DNA from: Octopus bimaculoides
Lineage: Eukaryota
Assembly: GCF_001194135.2 (NCBI RefSeq)
Contig: NC_068994.1
Location: 37,965,508 to 38,029,507, forward strand
Length of the DNA stretch: 64,000 nucleotides
Direction: 5' to 3'
Position numbers and translations under genes: made by a program. Below, piece by piece: positions 12,153 to 23,580 of the stretch. The notes beneath the pieces were generated by a model that saw nothing but the letters and a program-made list of their open reading frames with translations, did not search any database and was not told the DNA's origin. Each line of letters begins with the position of its first letter. The stretch's first letter is position 1.

Positions 12153-12267
12153 TTTGTTTGGTTGGTTGTTTATTTTTTCTTTTATTTGTTTATTTATTTA
12201 TGCCTATCTGGTAATGACTCTAAACTTAAAAAGTACACATTTCTGTTGTTGGTATTCACAAATAGAC

Positions 12268-12285
12268 AATAAATAATAATGATGA

Positions 12286-12348
<63 letters not shown>

Positions 12349-12505
12349 CAATAATCATAACAATAATAATAATAATGATAATAATAATAATAATAACAAT
12401 AATAATAACAATCCTAACAACAACAATAATAATAATAATAATAATAATAATATAATAATAATAATAATAATAATGGTGATGATGATGATGATGATGACGA
12501 TGACA
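12268..12505. repeat. (AAT)n/(GAT)n microsatellite tract
   Basis: Read directly; similar tracts lie at 13219-13285, 13693-13810, 15856-15876 and 16024-16110. Confidence 0.95.
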
Positions 12506-12522
12506 ACTATGATTTTGATGAT

Positions 12523-13220
12523 GAGGACCAATTCTATGAAGTGCAGAATTGACAACACTGCCGATAGTGACAAATGCAGAATGTGTTGTGAGAGGGGTGA
12601 AATGGTATGGCACATCATTAGTGAATGCCCGAAATTGGCACAATGTGAATATAAATGACGTCATGACAATGTGGCAAGAATTATCTATTGGGAGCTCTGT
12701 GGCAATTACGACTTACAAAGAGCAAAGATGTAGTATGAGCAAACCCCAGAAGGAGTCACCGAAAATGAGGATTGTAAGATACTGTGAGATGTAATGATCC
12801 AGTGTGATCACCTGACCAGACATTGTTGTGGTGAAAAAAAAAAAGGAAGAACATATATGATAATCAACATTGCATGCCCCAGTAACAACAGGATCAATGT
12901 GAAAGAGGGAGTAAAAATAAACAGCTATGACAATTTAAAGTGGGAAATATGAAGGTTGTGGTCAATGAAGAGAGTAGACGTGATAACAATAGTAATTGGG
13001 ACACTTGGAAGTATCAGCGTTCAACTACCAACGTGGCTGAAAAAGATCGGAGCAAGTGTGAAGGTAGAACACCGACAAAAATCAGCATTGCTTGGAACTG
13101 CAAGAATTCCTTGCAGGGTTCTTGCAGGATGACCAGTAAACAAGTGTCACCATAGTCTGCTGGCTGTGGACAGCTGACACTTTCCATCACACCCAGCAAA
13201 ATAAGCTGTGAGATTTCATA
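12523..13220 (+). mobile_element. 3' fragment of an R4/Dong-clade (restriction-like endonuclease, RLE) non-LTR retrotransposon, pseudogenised
   Basis: CCHC knuckle KCRMCCERGEMVWHIISECPKLAQCEYKRRHD, then PDIVVV and a C-terminus ...LLGTARILARVL, with stops and frameshifts. It ends directly in (TAA)n. Confidence 0.85.
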
Positions 13221-13285
13221 TAATAATAATAATAATAATAATAATGATAATAATAAGAAGAAGAAGAACAACAACAACAACAACG

Positions 13286-13693
13286 TAATCATTGGAACTT
13301 TGGAGACAGTACCAAATGGTGCTCTTAAACATTATGACCAAATACCAGGAAACCCTCATGGCATCAGAACTAAGACATTTTTCTAATGGGTACTGCCCAT
13401 GTCCTTAGAAAAATACTGTCAACTTGCAAACACCTGATTCTCTGAAAACCCTATGAAAACTAAAATGACCTTTTGAGTGGGATGGGCTACTCCATGTGAA
13501 GAAAATTCTAACTGGGCCCCACTTGTGAGGTCATGTACTGTTTATCTTGATATGAGATCACCATGTCACCCACATATGGTTATGATGCATGTGTTTAGTG
13601 TACCCTTATCAGAAGGGTAGTCATGATGGGTATACTGGGCTTTGTGTATTTTACCCCAGTGTCACTTTGATGGCATGCACTGGTCTCTCACTC
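13286..13693 (+). mobile_element. Extreme 3' end plus 3'UTR of a second RLE-type retrotransposon family
   Basis: VIIGTLETVPNG...MGTAHVLRKILST matches RLE C-termini. About 270 bp of UTR follows and ends in (AAT)n. Confidence 0.6.
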
Positions 13694-13752
<59 letters not shown>

Positions 13753-13760
13753 TAACAATA

Positions 13761-13791
<31 letters not shown>

Positions 13792-13974
13792 TAATAACAA
13801 CAATAATAGAGATAGTAATTGTGCCAATATTAATGCTACTAATTGTTGTAGTTGTAATGATAATGACGGTGGTGTTGATGGTAGTGGTAATTGTTATAAT
13901 AACAGTGAAAATATGTCAGGTCCCTTTCAGTGCTATTGATTGTTACACAGTCAGGTAACCCTACTAAGCACTTG

Positions 13975-15855
13975 CCTGGTAGGAAGAGTAGCCATGGAAT
14001 GAAAAATCAGTTGTTAATTGTTAATCTAATTTTATCAGAAACTGCAAGAGAAGACACACAAACCTGAGCATGGCGTGGATTGACTATCATAAAGCATACG
14101 ATATGATATCACACTCCTGGATAACAAGAACCATGGAAATGTATGGAGTAGCGGAAAGCATGAGAAGCCTTATATGGAATAGTATGAAATTTTGTAGAAC
14201 TGAATCATCAGCAGGGAATTAGGTAACAAGAGAGGTGAAAATCAAGAGAGGAAGCTTCCAGGGAGACAGTGCGTCCCCCACTGATCTTTGTGTTCAGATG
14301 ATCCTCTTGAGTGAAATAGTATTGAAGACAAAGTTGGGGTATGATCTGAAAGAAGTAAGGGAAAACTGTTCCACTTGCAATTTATGGATGACTTGAAGCC
14401 CTTCACAAAATGTGAGGCAGAACTGGACAGCGTAGTCTAGTCTGTGTGGATTTTCTCAAATGATAACAAAATGGAGTTTGGACTCTCAAAATGTGCTACA
14501 ATGGTGATGAGACAAGAAAAGCTTGTCAGGACAGAATGCATATATATGCCAAATGGTGATGAAGGCTATTGAACCTGAATTCAGTTATAAATACCTGGGA
14601 ATACTTGAGGCAGATGGAATTAAACACAACGATATGGAAGAAAAGACAAAGAAAGAGTACCCATGGTGAGTGAGAAAAATATTGACTTCAAAGCTGAATG
14701 CCAGATATGTAATTTCGGCAATAAACTCTCACACAATCACAGAAGTTTGGTATGGCACTGGAATCATGAAGTGGATAGAAAAGTAAAAGAAGATGGACAG
14801 GAAAACAAGCAAGATCCTAACGATGCATGGAGCTCATCATCCACATTCACACACTGATCGTCTGTACATGAAGAGAGCAAAAGGACACCTATGAGTGTGG
14901 AAGACTGTGTACATATTGAGCTCAGGAGCATAATGAGATACCTATCTCAAAGTAAGGAAACTTGCTAGTGTCAGTTAGCAATGAGGGAGTACTGAAAGCA
15001 GAGAACAAAGGGAAAACAAAGGAAGAAATACAGAAAGGACATGAAGAAATATTACACAATAAAGGGACTACACAATCAATTTCCTGTAGCCACAAATGAA
15101 GTTGCTGGAAAACAGGTAAAACTGGCTGAAGAAAAGAACACTAAAAAAGAGACTGACAGCACTGGACTTGAAGTGTAAGACCAAGCTTTGATCAAGAATT
15201 GGAGGGTCAACCTTAGAAATGAGCAAGTGTCTCTGCTGTACCTCATTTGTAATAGAGTGAACAAAATCATTGCCCATATCATGAATGAATGCCCTAGACT
15301 TGCCCAAAACTACAAGTTGTGGTTACATGATGAGGTAGTGAAAGTGCTACACTAGAAACTGTGTGAAAAGTGGGGGATAGAGAGAGGCAAAACGTGGTAT
15401 GAGCACAAACCGCAGGGAGTGGCAGAGTCAAAGACTTGCAAAATCCTCTGGGATTCCCCAATCCAAACAGATCAGATGCCAGAGCATAACAGACCAGATC
15501 TGGTGGTGGTCAAATGTCCCTTTGACCTACGAATGGACAAGAAGGAAGATAAAATAATAGATAAATACAACCATCGTAAGTACAAAATAGCCTGACGATA
15601 GAAAAGGAAGAAGGTGAAAATAGTTGGTTCCTTGGGGACAGTATCAGAGGGTATCAAGAGGAATATAAAGGAAATCAGATTAGAGTGTCTAGCAGAACTG
15701 TTACAAAAGGTTTGCCTCCTTGGCACGGCCAGAATAATGAGGAGAATACTAGATAGTTGAAAAGAACAAATAGCATGGTACCATAGGCTGCAGGCAGCAA
15801 GCCCACTACACATGCAAGACTCTGGGAGTTCCAAAAAAAACCTGAGATAAAAAGA
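13975..15855 (+). mobile_element. 5'-truncated R4/Dong-clade retrotransposon (RT, zinc knuckle, RLE), pseudogenised
   Basis: AWIDYHKAYD (14077-14103), FQGDSASP (14256), FMDD (14381), YKYLG, HIMNECPRLAQ, RPDLVVV and LLGTARIMRRIL, with multiple stops and frameshifts. The 3' end abuts (AAT)n. Confidence 0.9.
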
Positions 15856-15876
15856 AATAATAATAATAATAATAAT

Positions 15877-16023
15877 GGTTTCATATTTTAGCACATGGCC
15901 AGCAAGTTCATGGTGGGGGGTATTTGACTCAACTCCGAAAGGATGAAAGGCAAAGCCAACCTCAGTGGAATTTGAACCCAGAACATAAGGACAGACAAAA
16001 TGCTGCTGCCAGTTTGCCACCTT
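15877..16023 (-). mobile_element. SINE family B, partial, inserted in the (AAT)n tail
   Basis: Reverse complement of ...ttctgggttcaaattccactgaggttggctttgcctttcatcctttcgg, matching the family B copies at 24841 and 50640. Confidence 0.7.
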
Positions 16024-16045
16024 AGTAGTAGTAATAATAAGGATA

Positions 16046-16076
<31 letters not shown>

Positions 16077-17810
16077 TGATAACGATAATAGTCGTTGTTG
16101 TTGTTGTTGTTATTTAATACATTTTATTTTGTCTTGTTCACAATGTCTCCTTTCACTTTGAGTCATTATTAGTTCCTTCTAAACATCAGATTATGACAGC
16201 ATTTAATTGCAAACTCATCAGCCAAAACATTAAACAGTTCAGTATGGCAACCGAGCCAAAACAGATTGTACTGGGGCAGCATGAATTAGAAATTGAGACA
16301 TTTAGAAAACTATTGTTTCGCAGATTTATCCAAATGACACCAGAAATAATAAATTTGGAACTGAAACATGGTAATGTTAGGGGAGTGTCAGGTGCAATGG
16401 CATCGACAACAACAACAACTTACAAGTTTCTGGTCCACAATTTTAATATTTCATTCATCAAATCTTATTTAAATATATATGTTTATGTATAGATGCATGC
16501 AGCTTTGTTTCATCATGTGCCAAATTCTTATCAGGCAGCTTCAGAAGGAATACCTAGTTAGAAATTACACTTTATATCTTGCAATCTCGTCACACATTTG
16601 TAATACTAACAATATGTCTCAAGGAAAATACATTGGAAGTGCATTCTGCATACTAAATATGAATACAATAGAGCTTCACATATTGAAAATATTTAACTGT
16701 CTCTTTTAACATCAGACAAGTTTGAGGTGAACAAATCACACAACATTTAATTAAATGTAATATTACTAATTAATCTAATAAAGAATTTGACCAGGTTATT
16801 TTTCAACAGTCACATTTTGAGCCATTATATTTCAAAGTTATAGAAAATAACTTTCCATCAAAAGCTATAAAAACCAACTTGGAGGTCTCTACTGTTTTAT
16901 TCATAAGCTTCAATTTACAATTTTACAGTATTAATGTATATTTTTTATCCATATAAGCAATTTGGTCCTAAAACCGACAAACTAATATTTGTGTTGAAAT
17001 TTTTTATGAATTTTGTTGCTAATGTATCGGCTTAAACATTGATTTGTAGCAGTATGACTATAAGTGCTTGGAATGGTAAAAGATTGATAGCTCGAATTTT
17101 GTCTGTAAAAGAAAGTGTATTTGTCAAACTGTTGATTTGGTATCATGAGATATGGGTGTTAAATGTTCAAGTCCTATAAAGCTGCCTAAGTAGAAGCTGA
17201 AATTTAACTAGCAGGTGTGTAGATATATAATGAGAATCAAATAAAAGAACTTTGTATAAGTTCTTATTTTGTGATAACTGGTAAGAAATGGAAAATGCAA
17301 GCAGAGCAAAACTAATTTTTTCAAAAATCATTCTGAAAGTTAGTATATGAAAGCGTTAAAAACATATTTCAAGAAAACCCTTGAAAGATTTGGAGAATAA
17401 GTAGTAAAACTTTCGAGTTAGGTTGTAATGCATTTAGCCCCTCTTATATTGCTATTATCACTTTCTCTCCACAGTTCATCACTATCATTTTGTTGCTACC
17501 ATCACACAGTTGCTCCATTCTCAGAGCTATCCAGGTTCTTTTTCTGTCATTATACTGCTACTTCCCTATACACCTGGGTCATAATGGTCTAATCATGGAT
17601 GTGACAGTGTCTCTAGTGCTGGTACTATGAGAAATTGCACCCAGCTTACTCTGAAAAGTGGTTGATATTGGGAAGGGCACCCAATCGTAAACAAAGCCAA
17701 AAATGAAAAAAATGTGCAATCTGCTGATTGGATACCCAGTAAGAAATAATTTGGTCTGTGATGACACTCCAACTGGCACTGGCATGGAAAGTAAATGTAA
17801 AATGACAGTT

Positions 17811-17975
17811 TTGGATTTTGACGCGAGATTAGTAATTTTAGGGGAAGGTTATTAAGTGATTTCATCAACACTGCTCAACTGGTACTTCTTTTATCAACCC
17901 CCGGAAGGATGAACAGCAAAGTTGACAATGGTGGCATTTAATGTCAGAATGTAAAGAGCCAGAATAAATGCCATT
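17811..17975 (-). mobile_element. SINE family B, degenerate
   Basis: caactggtacttcttttatcaacccccggaaggatgaacagcaaagttgac is the reverse complement of the family B body. Confidence 0.55.
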
Positions 17976-18313
17976 CAATATTTTTGTCTGATATACCAAC
18001 GAATCTGCAAGCTTGATACATTTATGATAACGACGTTTGTCAATCCATGAAATGAACAGAGAAAGCAGAAAGCACAGTGCAATTTAAAGCTAAAATCAAA
18101 AGCATACATGCAAACAGGTGAGGTACTTTGATGCTGAAAAGTTATTTCAAACAACACCTTAGCTCTAAATTCTCACACCAATCTGGAAGCAATATCAAAA
18201 ATTCTAGAAGTTGCAGAAATTCAAGAAGATATAACATGTAACAAAAGAAGAAATAGAAAAACAATATAAAGAGTGGAAAAATATTTTCACCAATGTATAG
18301 CAATGAGTGTTCT

Positions 18314-18748
18314 AGGCATGGCTGGCGTGATTAAGAAGCTCACTTTGGAACCATCTGGTTTTTAGTTCAGTCCAGCTTGCATGACGTCTTGGACAGGTGT
18401 CTTCTACCACAGTCCTGAGCCAACCAATGCCTTGAATGTGAATTTGGTAGATGGCAACCCTGTGGAAGCTCAGTGTGTGTGTGTGAGAATGTGTGTGTGT
18501 GTGTGTGTGAGAAAGAGAGAGTGTTTGTGTGTGTGTGTTTGTCACCTGACCACTGCCACAAGACAACCCCACTTCAAAGTGGTGTTGGTTGTTTATGCCC
18601 CCATAATCTTTGTAGTTTGGCAAAAGCGACTGATAAGATTAAAGACCAGAGTTAAAAAGCACATAAGTACTAAGGTCAATTTGTTTGACTAAAACCTTTC
18701 AGTATAACTGCTGCCCAATGACTGAAACAAACAAAAGATAAAGGATAG
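18314..18748 (+). mobile_element. SINE family A, about 20 bp from the protocadherin donor and antisense to the gene
   Basis: Head, (TG)n tract and tail ...aatgactgaaacaaacaaaag. Confidence 0.7.
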
Positions 18749-18763
18749 AAAAGTTAATTAATG

Positions 18764-18772
18764 ACTTACTCT
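18764..18772 (-). promoter_or_regulatory. 5' splice donor (phase 0) ending the protocadherin exon
   Basis: The minus strand reads GGC AGA|GTAAGT, a consensus GTAAGT three codons before the in-frame stop. Confidence 0.8.
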
Positions 18773-21100
18773 GCCTTCTTTTAGAGTATGGTAATGTATT
18801 CCTGGATCACTCCAGTTATGATCTGACTGAAATCCAGGTAGAGACTGCCTTCTGCACATAACAGGCATTGTAACTGGTGTATCCGAGTGAGGTAGTTGTT
18901 TATGGAAATATTCTATATGTTTGTTTGTATGGGGGTATTTCCTTGGTGAGCTCATCACTGTACTGTAATGAATGTTCCTTTGATCATTCCTTTTCACTAT
19001 GCACAATGTTATTGAGATGACAAGAACAAGAGATACTATCACAGCTGCCACAATAATTATAATAAATAGATTTATATTAATGCTATTGTCTGGTATTTTT
19101 GATGCTGCTGTAAATGTTGTTAATGTTTTATTGCTAACAGTTAGTTTCAATTTCAGTGTAGTTGTTGCTGATAAAACTGGTTTGCCTTTGTCTTTGACTG
19201 CTAATTTTAGATCATATGATCCAGCATCATTTTGGTTAACTGTGTGAGCAAAAGACAAAACTCCTGTATATGGGTTAACTTTAAATAACTTTTTAGCATT
19301 GCCTCCAAGTATTTCATACTTAAGGAAAGCATTTACATGGCTGTCTCTGTCAGAAGCTCTTAGAGTGGTGATTTCCTTGCTACTGCCTGGATAATAGTTG
19401 AACTCCACATTGAACAGATTTCTACTGGGGAAGGTAAAATAGGGAGCATTATCATTTACATCAACAATTTCAACAGTGATATTTGCTGTGCTTGTCAGTG
19501 AAGGAGTTCCATTGTCTTTTGCTAAAACTTTGAATCGATAAATGTCACACTGTTCTCTGTCTAGTGATTGGGTGGTTGATATAAATCCAAAATTAGAAAT
19601 ATGGAAAGGAAAGTTTCTATTTGTTTCACTTTTAAGAGAATAACTAACTTCTCCGCCAGGCCCTGAATCAGGATCACTAACATTAACAAAGCCAATAGGA
19701 AAGCCTTTCTCTCCATTTTCATATGTTATAAATGTAAATGAACTCTTGGTAAACTGTGGTGGTACATCATTAACATCTACGATATGAACAGAAAATTTCT
19801 TTTCTGCAGATAAAGGGGGAGATCCTTTATCTTGACATGTAATCTTAAAACTCATACTTGTTGTTGACTCCCTGTCAACTTCCTTTTTCAGTTTTAATGT
19901 GTATCTGTTTTCGTCTACATCTTTTAAATAAAAATAATCATGTTTTACACCACAATGAACATCACCATTTTTCCCCTTATCATTATCACTAATTTTTACA
20001 TATGCAAGGAAGCTATCCACCGGTATATTTTCTGAAATCGTTAATGTATTGTTTGATTGAGTAATAAAGTTAACTTCAATATGAGGTGCATTGTTCTCTT
20101 GATTAGTCACAAATACCCAAACTATTGCATCCGAACTCAAAGCAGGGCTACCTCCATCAGTGGCCTCAATATAAAGCTGGTAGCTTTTTTGTTTCATTTT
20201 AGAAATTTGTGTATTGAGGAAGATTTCTCCAGACTCTTCATTTAATTTAAAATGTGATACAGCAGCTTTTAATGTTTTTGAGCTGAACCGATATGAAATT
20301 TTACTATTCATACCAGAATCAGCATCTGTTGCAGAAACAGCTGCTATTGGCATGTTACTTCGCACTGTGTTTCCTATGGAAAAATTGTACTTTTTCTGCA
20401 TGAAGACAGGAGGATTATCGTTGAAATCTAAAACATCAATTTTGATTTTTAAGATACTTTCTTCTTCTGAAGATCTACTACCTTTGGCAATGACTTGGAT
20501 CATATGTGTATTTTTAGTTTCCCGATCAAGTTGTTCATCTAACACTATTTTTAGTTGAGATGTTCCATCCACTTTCTTAGAAATATCTAAGGAAAATGGT
20601 GCATCATCACCTTTATTTATTTCATACTTGATTTCAGAGTTTTGTATGCTTATATCTTTATCCATAGCATTGATGATAGGTTTTTTCATACCTTTACCAT
20701 CAGCTTCAGAAAAATGAAGGTTCACTTCAGACTTTGGAAATATGGGTTTATTGTCATCAATATCATTTATAATTATCTTAATTTCTCTGACATATTTTAC
20801 AGTGCCATCACTTTTTATTGTAACATCAAGTGTTCTGTAACATTCTGCATTGTAAGAACAAAGAGCTTCTGCATCTAGTTTTTGAAGTGTATATACTTTT
20901 CCACTCTTGGTGACACGGAATAAATTTTTGCTTTTTCCCTGAAGCATTTCAAAAACTATATTAGATTTGTCTTGCTGGGGAAGACTGTCTGCAATATCCC
21001 CTACAAATGTTCCTGGAGGTTCTTCTTCATTTACATAGTAGCTTTCCATACAATTTGATTGTCTTAGGAGAAACAAGAATATACAAACTTGTAACCACAT
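18770..21100 (-). CDS. Protocadherin (cephalopod-expanded type), large coding exon: signal peptide, EC1-EC6, TM helix, proximal cytoplasmic tail (777 codons)
   Basis: The ORF track gives 18758-21130 from a TTG; the first ATG is at 21100 (MWLQVCIFLFLLRQSNC, signal-peptide-like). There are six cadherin repeats with DxD, DRE/DAE, DxNDN and AxDxG motifs, the EC1 Cys-X5-Cys loop typical of protocadherins (LCSYNAEC), and a TM segment LFIIIIVAAVIVSLVLVISITLCIV followed by KR. The frame ends at an AGA|GTAAGT donor; unspliced read-through adds VSH-stop at 18758. The specific paralogue cannot be assigned. Confidence 0.93.
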
Positions 21101-21183
21101 GTCCTCATTTACAAATTTTAAACAGAACAAATTAGTGAAGTTGGTTCTGTTGTTGTAATACAGCTTTTTAATATTATACCCAA

Positions 21184-21230
21184 GCTGAAGGGAAACAATC
21201 TGAAAAACACAAGCAGAAAAAAAGAGACAT
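21184..21230 (-). promoter_or_regulatory. 3' splice acceptor about 100 nt upstream of the protocadherin ATG (5'UTR intron)
   Basis: The minus strand reads tctcttttttttctgcttgtgtttttCAG|ATTG (AG at 21201-21200), with a second cttCAG at 21187-21185. Confidence 0.6.
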
Positions 21231-21373
21231 TAAAAATAGATACAACAAAAGGGTTTGGTTCAAGATTAGAAGCTACTATTGTCAAGATACAAGAGAGTCT
21301 AATGCTCAGCATAATGTAATATATACATACATACGAACAAGCACACATACAAATAAATATAGATACAAAGATA

Positions 21374-21718
21374 GGTGCATGGCCCAGTGGATAGAATGTC
21401 AGGTTCACAATCATGGGGTAGTGAGTTCAGTTCCTGGACTGAGCTGTGTGTTGTGTTCTTGAGCAAAACACTTTATTTCACATTGCTGCAGTTCACTCAG
21501 CTGTAGAAATTAGTTATGATGTCACTGGTGCCAAGCTGTACTGGCCTTTGCTTTTCCCTTGGGTAACACTGGTGCCGTGGTGAGGAGAGGCTAGTACGCA
21601 TGGAAAACTGCTGGTCTTCCATAAACAACCTTGCTCAGATGTCTGTCTTAGAAGGTAACTTTCTAGGTGCAATACCATGATGGTCATACATGACCGAAGG
21701 GGGTCTTTACCCCTTTTT
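21374..21718 (+). mobile_element. tRNA-derived SINE with a CORE-like central segment (family C)
   Basis: A box TGGCCCAGTGG, B box GAGTTCAGTTCC, then gttcttgagcaaaacactt...cagttcactcagctgtagaaat, resembling the CORE domain. A related degenerate copy lies at about 36113-36560. Confidence 0.7.
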
Positions 21719-22039
21719 ACACAGATAATTAGATTGACAAATGGACTGATAGACAGACATACAAGACAGAGAGATAAATATAAAGCATAATAGATAAAGC
21801 AACTATGGATATGAAAACAGGGAAAATCCTTGGTTCATCAGAAATTACTAAAATATATTTTGGGGAATTGGTCATGCCTGAATAGTTAATCATGTTGTAC
21901 ACAAGATATCATACACAACTTATACAAGGATAAAGGAGATGCCTTTGAGAAGTAATTATAGAAGTATCAAATTTTTGGACTAGCTCATGAAAGTAACAGA
22001 AAGAATTATAGCTTCTCTTGTGAGTTATTTGGTAACCCC

Positions 22040-22255
22040 ACTGACGTTGGTGTGCCATGAAATAAGTGCCCAAAATACTTTGTAAACTGGTTGGGGTTAG
22101 AAAGGGCACCCAGCCAATACTGATGCAGACCATACCAAAATAGACATTGGAGCTCAGCGCAGTTCTTTCACTCATTAGTTTCTGTCAAACCATCCAATAT
22201 ATGCAAGAATGAAAGATGGATATTAAAATGATAATGACGATGATGATGATGATAT
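22040..22255 (+). mobile_element. RTE-type SINE/LINE 3' tail ending in (GAT)n
   Basis: ggttggggttagaaagggcacccagc...aaaccatccaat...ggatattaaaatgat(gat)n. The same tail occurs at 30480-30835, about 17640-17710, 51625-51735 (minus) and as a 26-bp stub at 3138-3163. Confidence 0.6.
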
Positions 22256-22469
22256 ATATATAATACAAATAATAAATGAGTATATGCATATATACGTACA
22301 TGTATGTACATACCTACATCTACATGTATATATAGATGCATATCTGGGTACAGGATGTTGCAAAAAAAAAAACGTGGACAAAATGATAAACAGAGAACAG
22401 AAAACACACAGGCCACATAGAGAACATTTTCTTCATCAGCTGCCACCATTCTAAAACTAAGCATTTCAA

Positions 22470-22524
<55 letters not shown>

Positions 22525-23071
22525 AAATATGTTATTAATCTCTGCCAAGGTACTGAGTACTCTATTTTTTCAACAGTTAGCATTAAACAGGTATACAAAT
22601 TCACACAGATAATGAGAGAGAGTGAGAGAGATAGACAGATAGACAGAGACAGACAAATAGATAGAGACAGAGAGAGACAGACAGGCAGACAGACATACTA
22701 CTGACCACCTGATCATCACCACAGAACTTATTATTGTCATTGTATTGTGCTTATGTTAGCTTAAATTTTCTTGATTGAGCATCAAGTCAACAAAAGAGTG
22801 TATGTGTCCACTCAGCCTCCATGAAATAACAACCATATCTCTCCTATAAATCACACCAGGCTGTCTTAAAAGTGGAAGGATATATTGGACAGTATCATCC
22901 GTCATACATAGAAAATCATAGACTGGTTATGAGTGGAGTGCCTTTGATCAGATTGAGTTACGAATGACCAAGGCTGACCTGGGTGACAGTTAACAGTAAC
23001 ATCATTTGACCCTGTGTAGTCACTAAAAGTTGAATGCAAAACAGTAACTCATTTGTTGATAATTTGTTGAT

Positions 23072-23580
23072 AATTTATTTTCAAATGCAGAAATGCCATT
23101 AGAACGACAGAAATATTGGGTGAATTACCCTAACAAAGTGGAATAGTTTGTCAACAAACAGCCATGGGACTCATCTCCACATCTCTTGAAAACTCCAGCC
23201 AAGTACTTTACCATTAAACTAAACTGCCCACTGACAAATTAATCCACAAATCTTTACACTATAAAGCTGAAAATATAACTATGTGTATATAAGTATAAAC
23301 AAACTAACCTTTGGTTTTTATAAGCATTGAAATGTGTACTGTAAGATACAATTAAAATAATAATTTATTTTCAAACAAAGAAATGTCATTAGAACACAGA
23401 AATATTGAGTAAATTACCCACACCTCTTTGTAGATTAATTTGTCAGTGGGCAGTTTAGGTTGATAGCAAAGCACTTGGCTGGAGTCTTCAAGAGATGTGC
23501 TTTTGAGTCTCATGGCTGTTTGTTGACAATTTTTTCCGCATTTACAGTTCTAATGGCATTTCTACATTTGAAAACAAATT
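23072..23580. mobile_element. Two adjacent copies of an approximately 220-bp MITE in opposite orientations, forming a long inverted repeat
   Basis: 23072-23250 is the reverse complement of 23427-23580 (about 85% identity over the inner 100 bp). 23362-23395 and 23547-23580 form about 34-bp TIRs of the second copy. Confidence 0.7.

Noticed and set aside
16190-16370. Plus-strand 181-nt exon-like ORF segment (IMTAFNCKL...ELKH) with AG/GT borders
   Set aside because: No recognisable homology; a few ORFs of about 100 codons are expected by chance in a window this size. RNA-seq would be needed.
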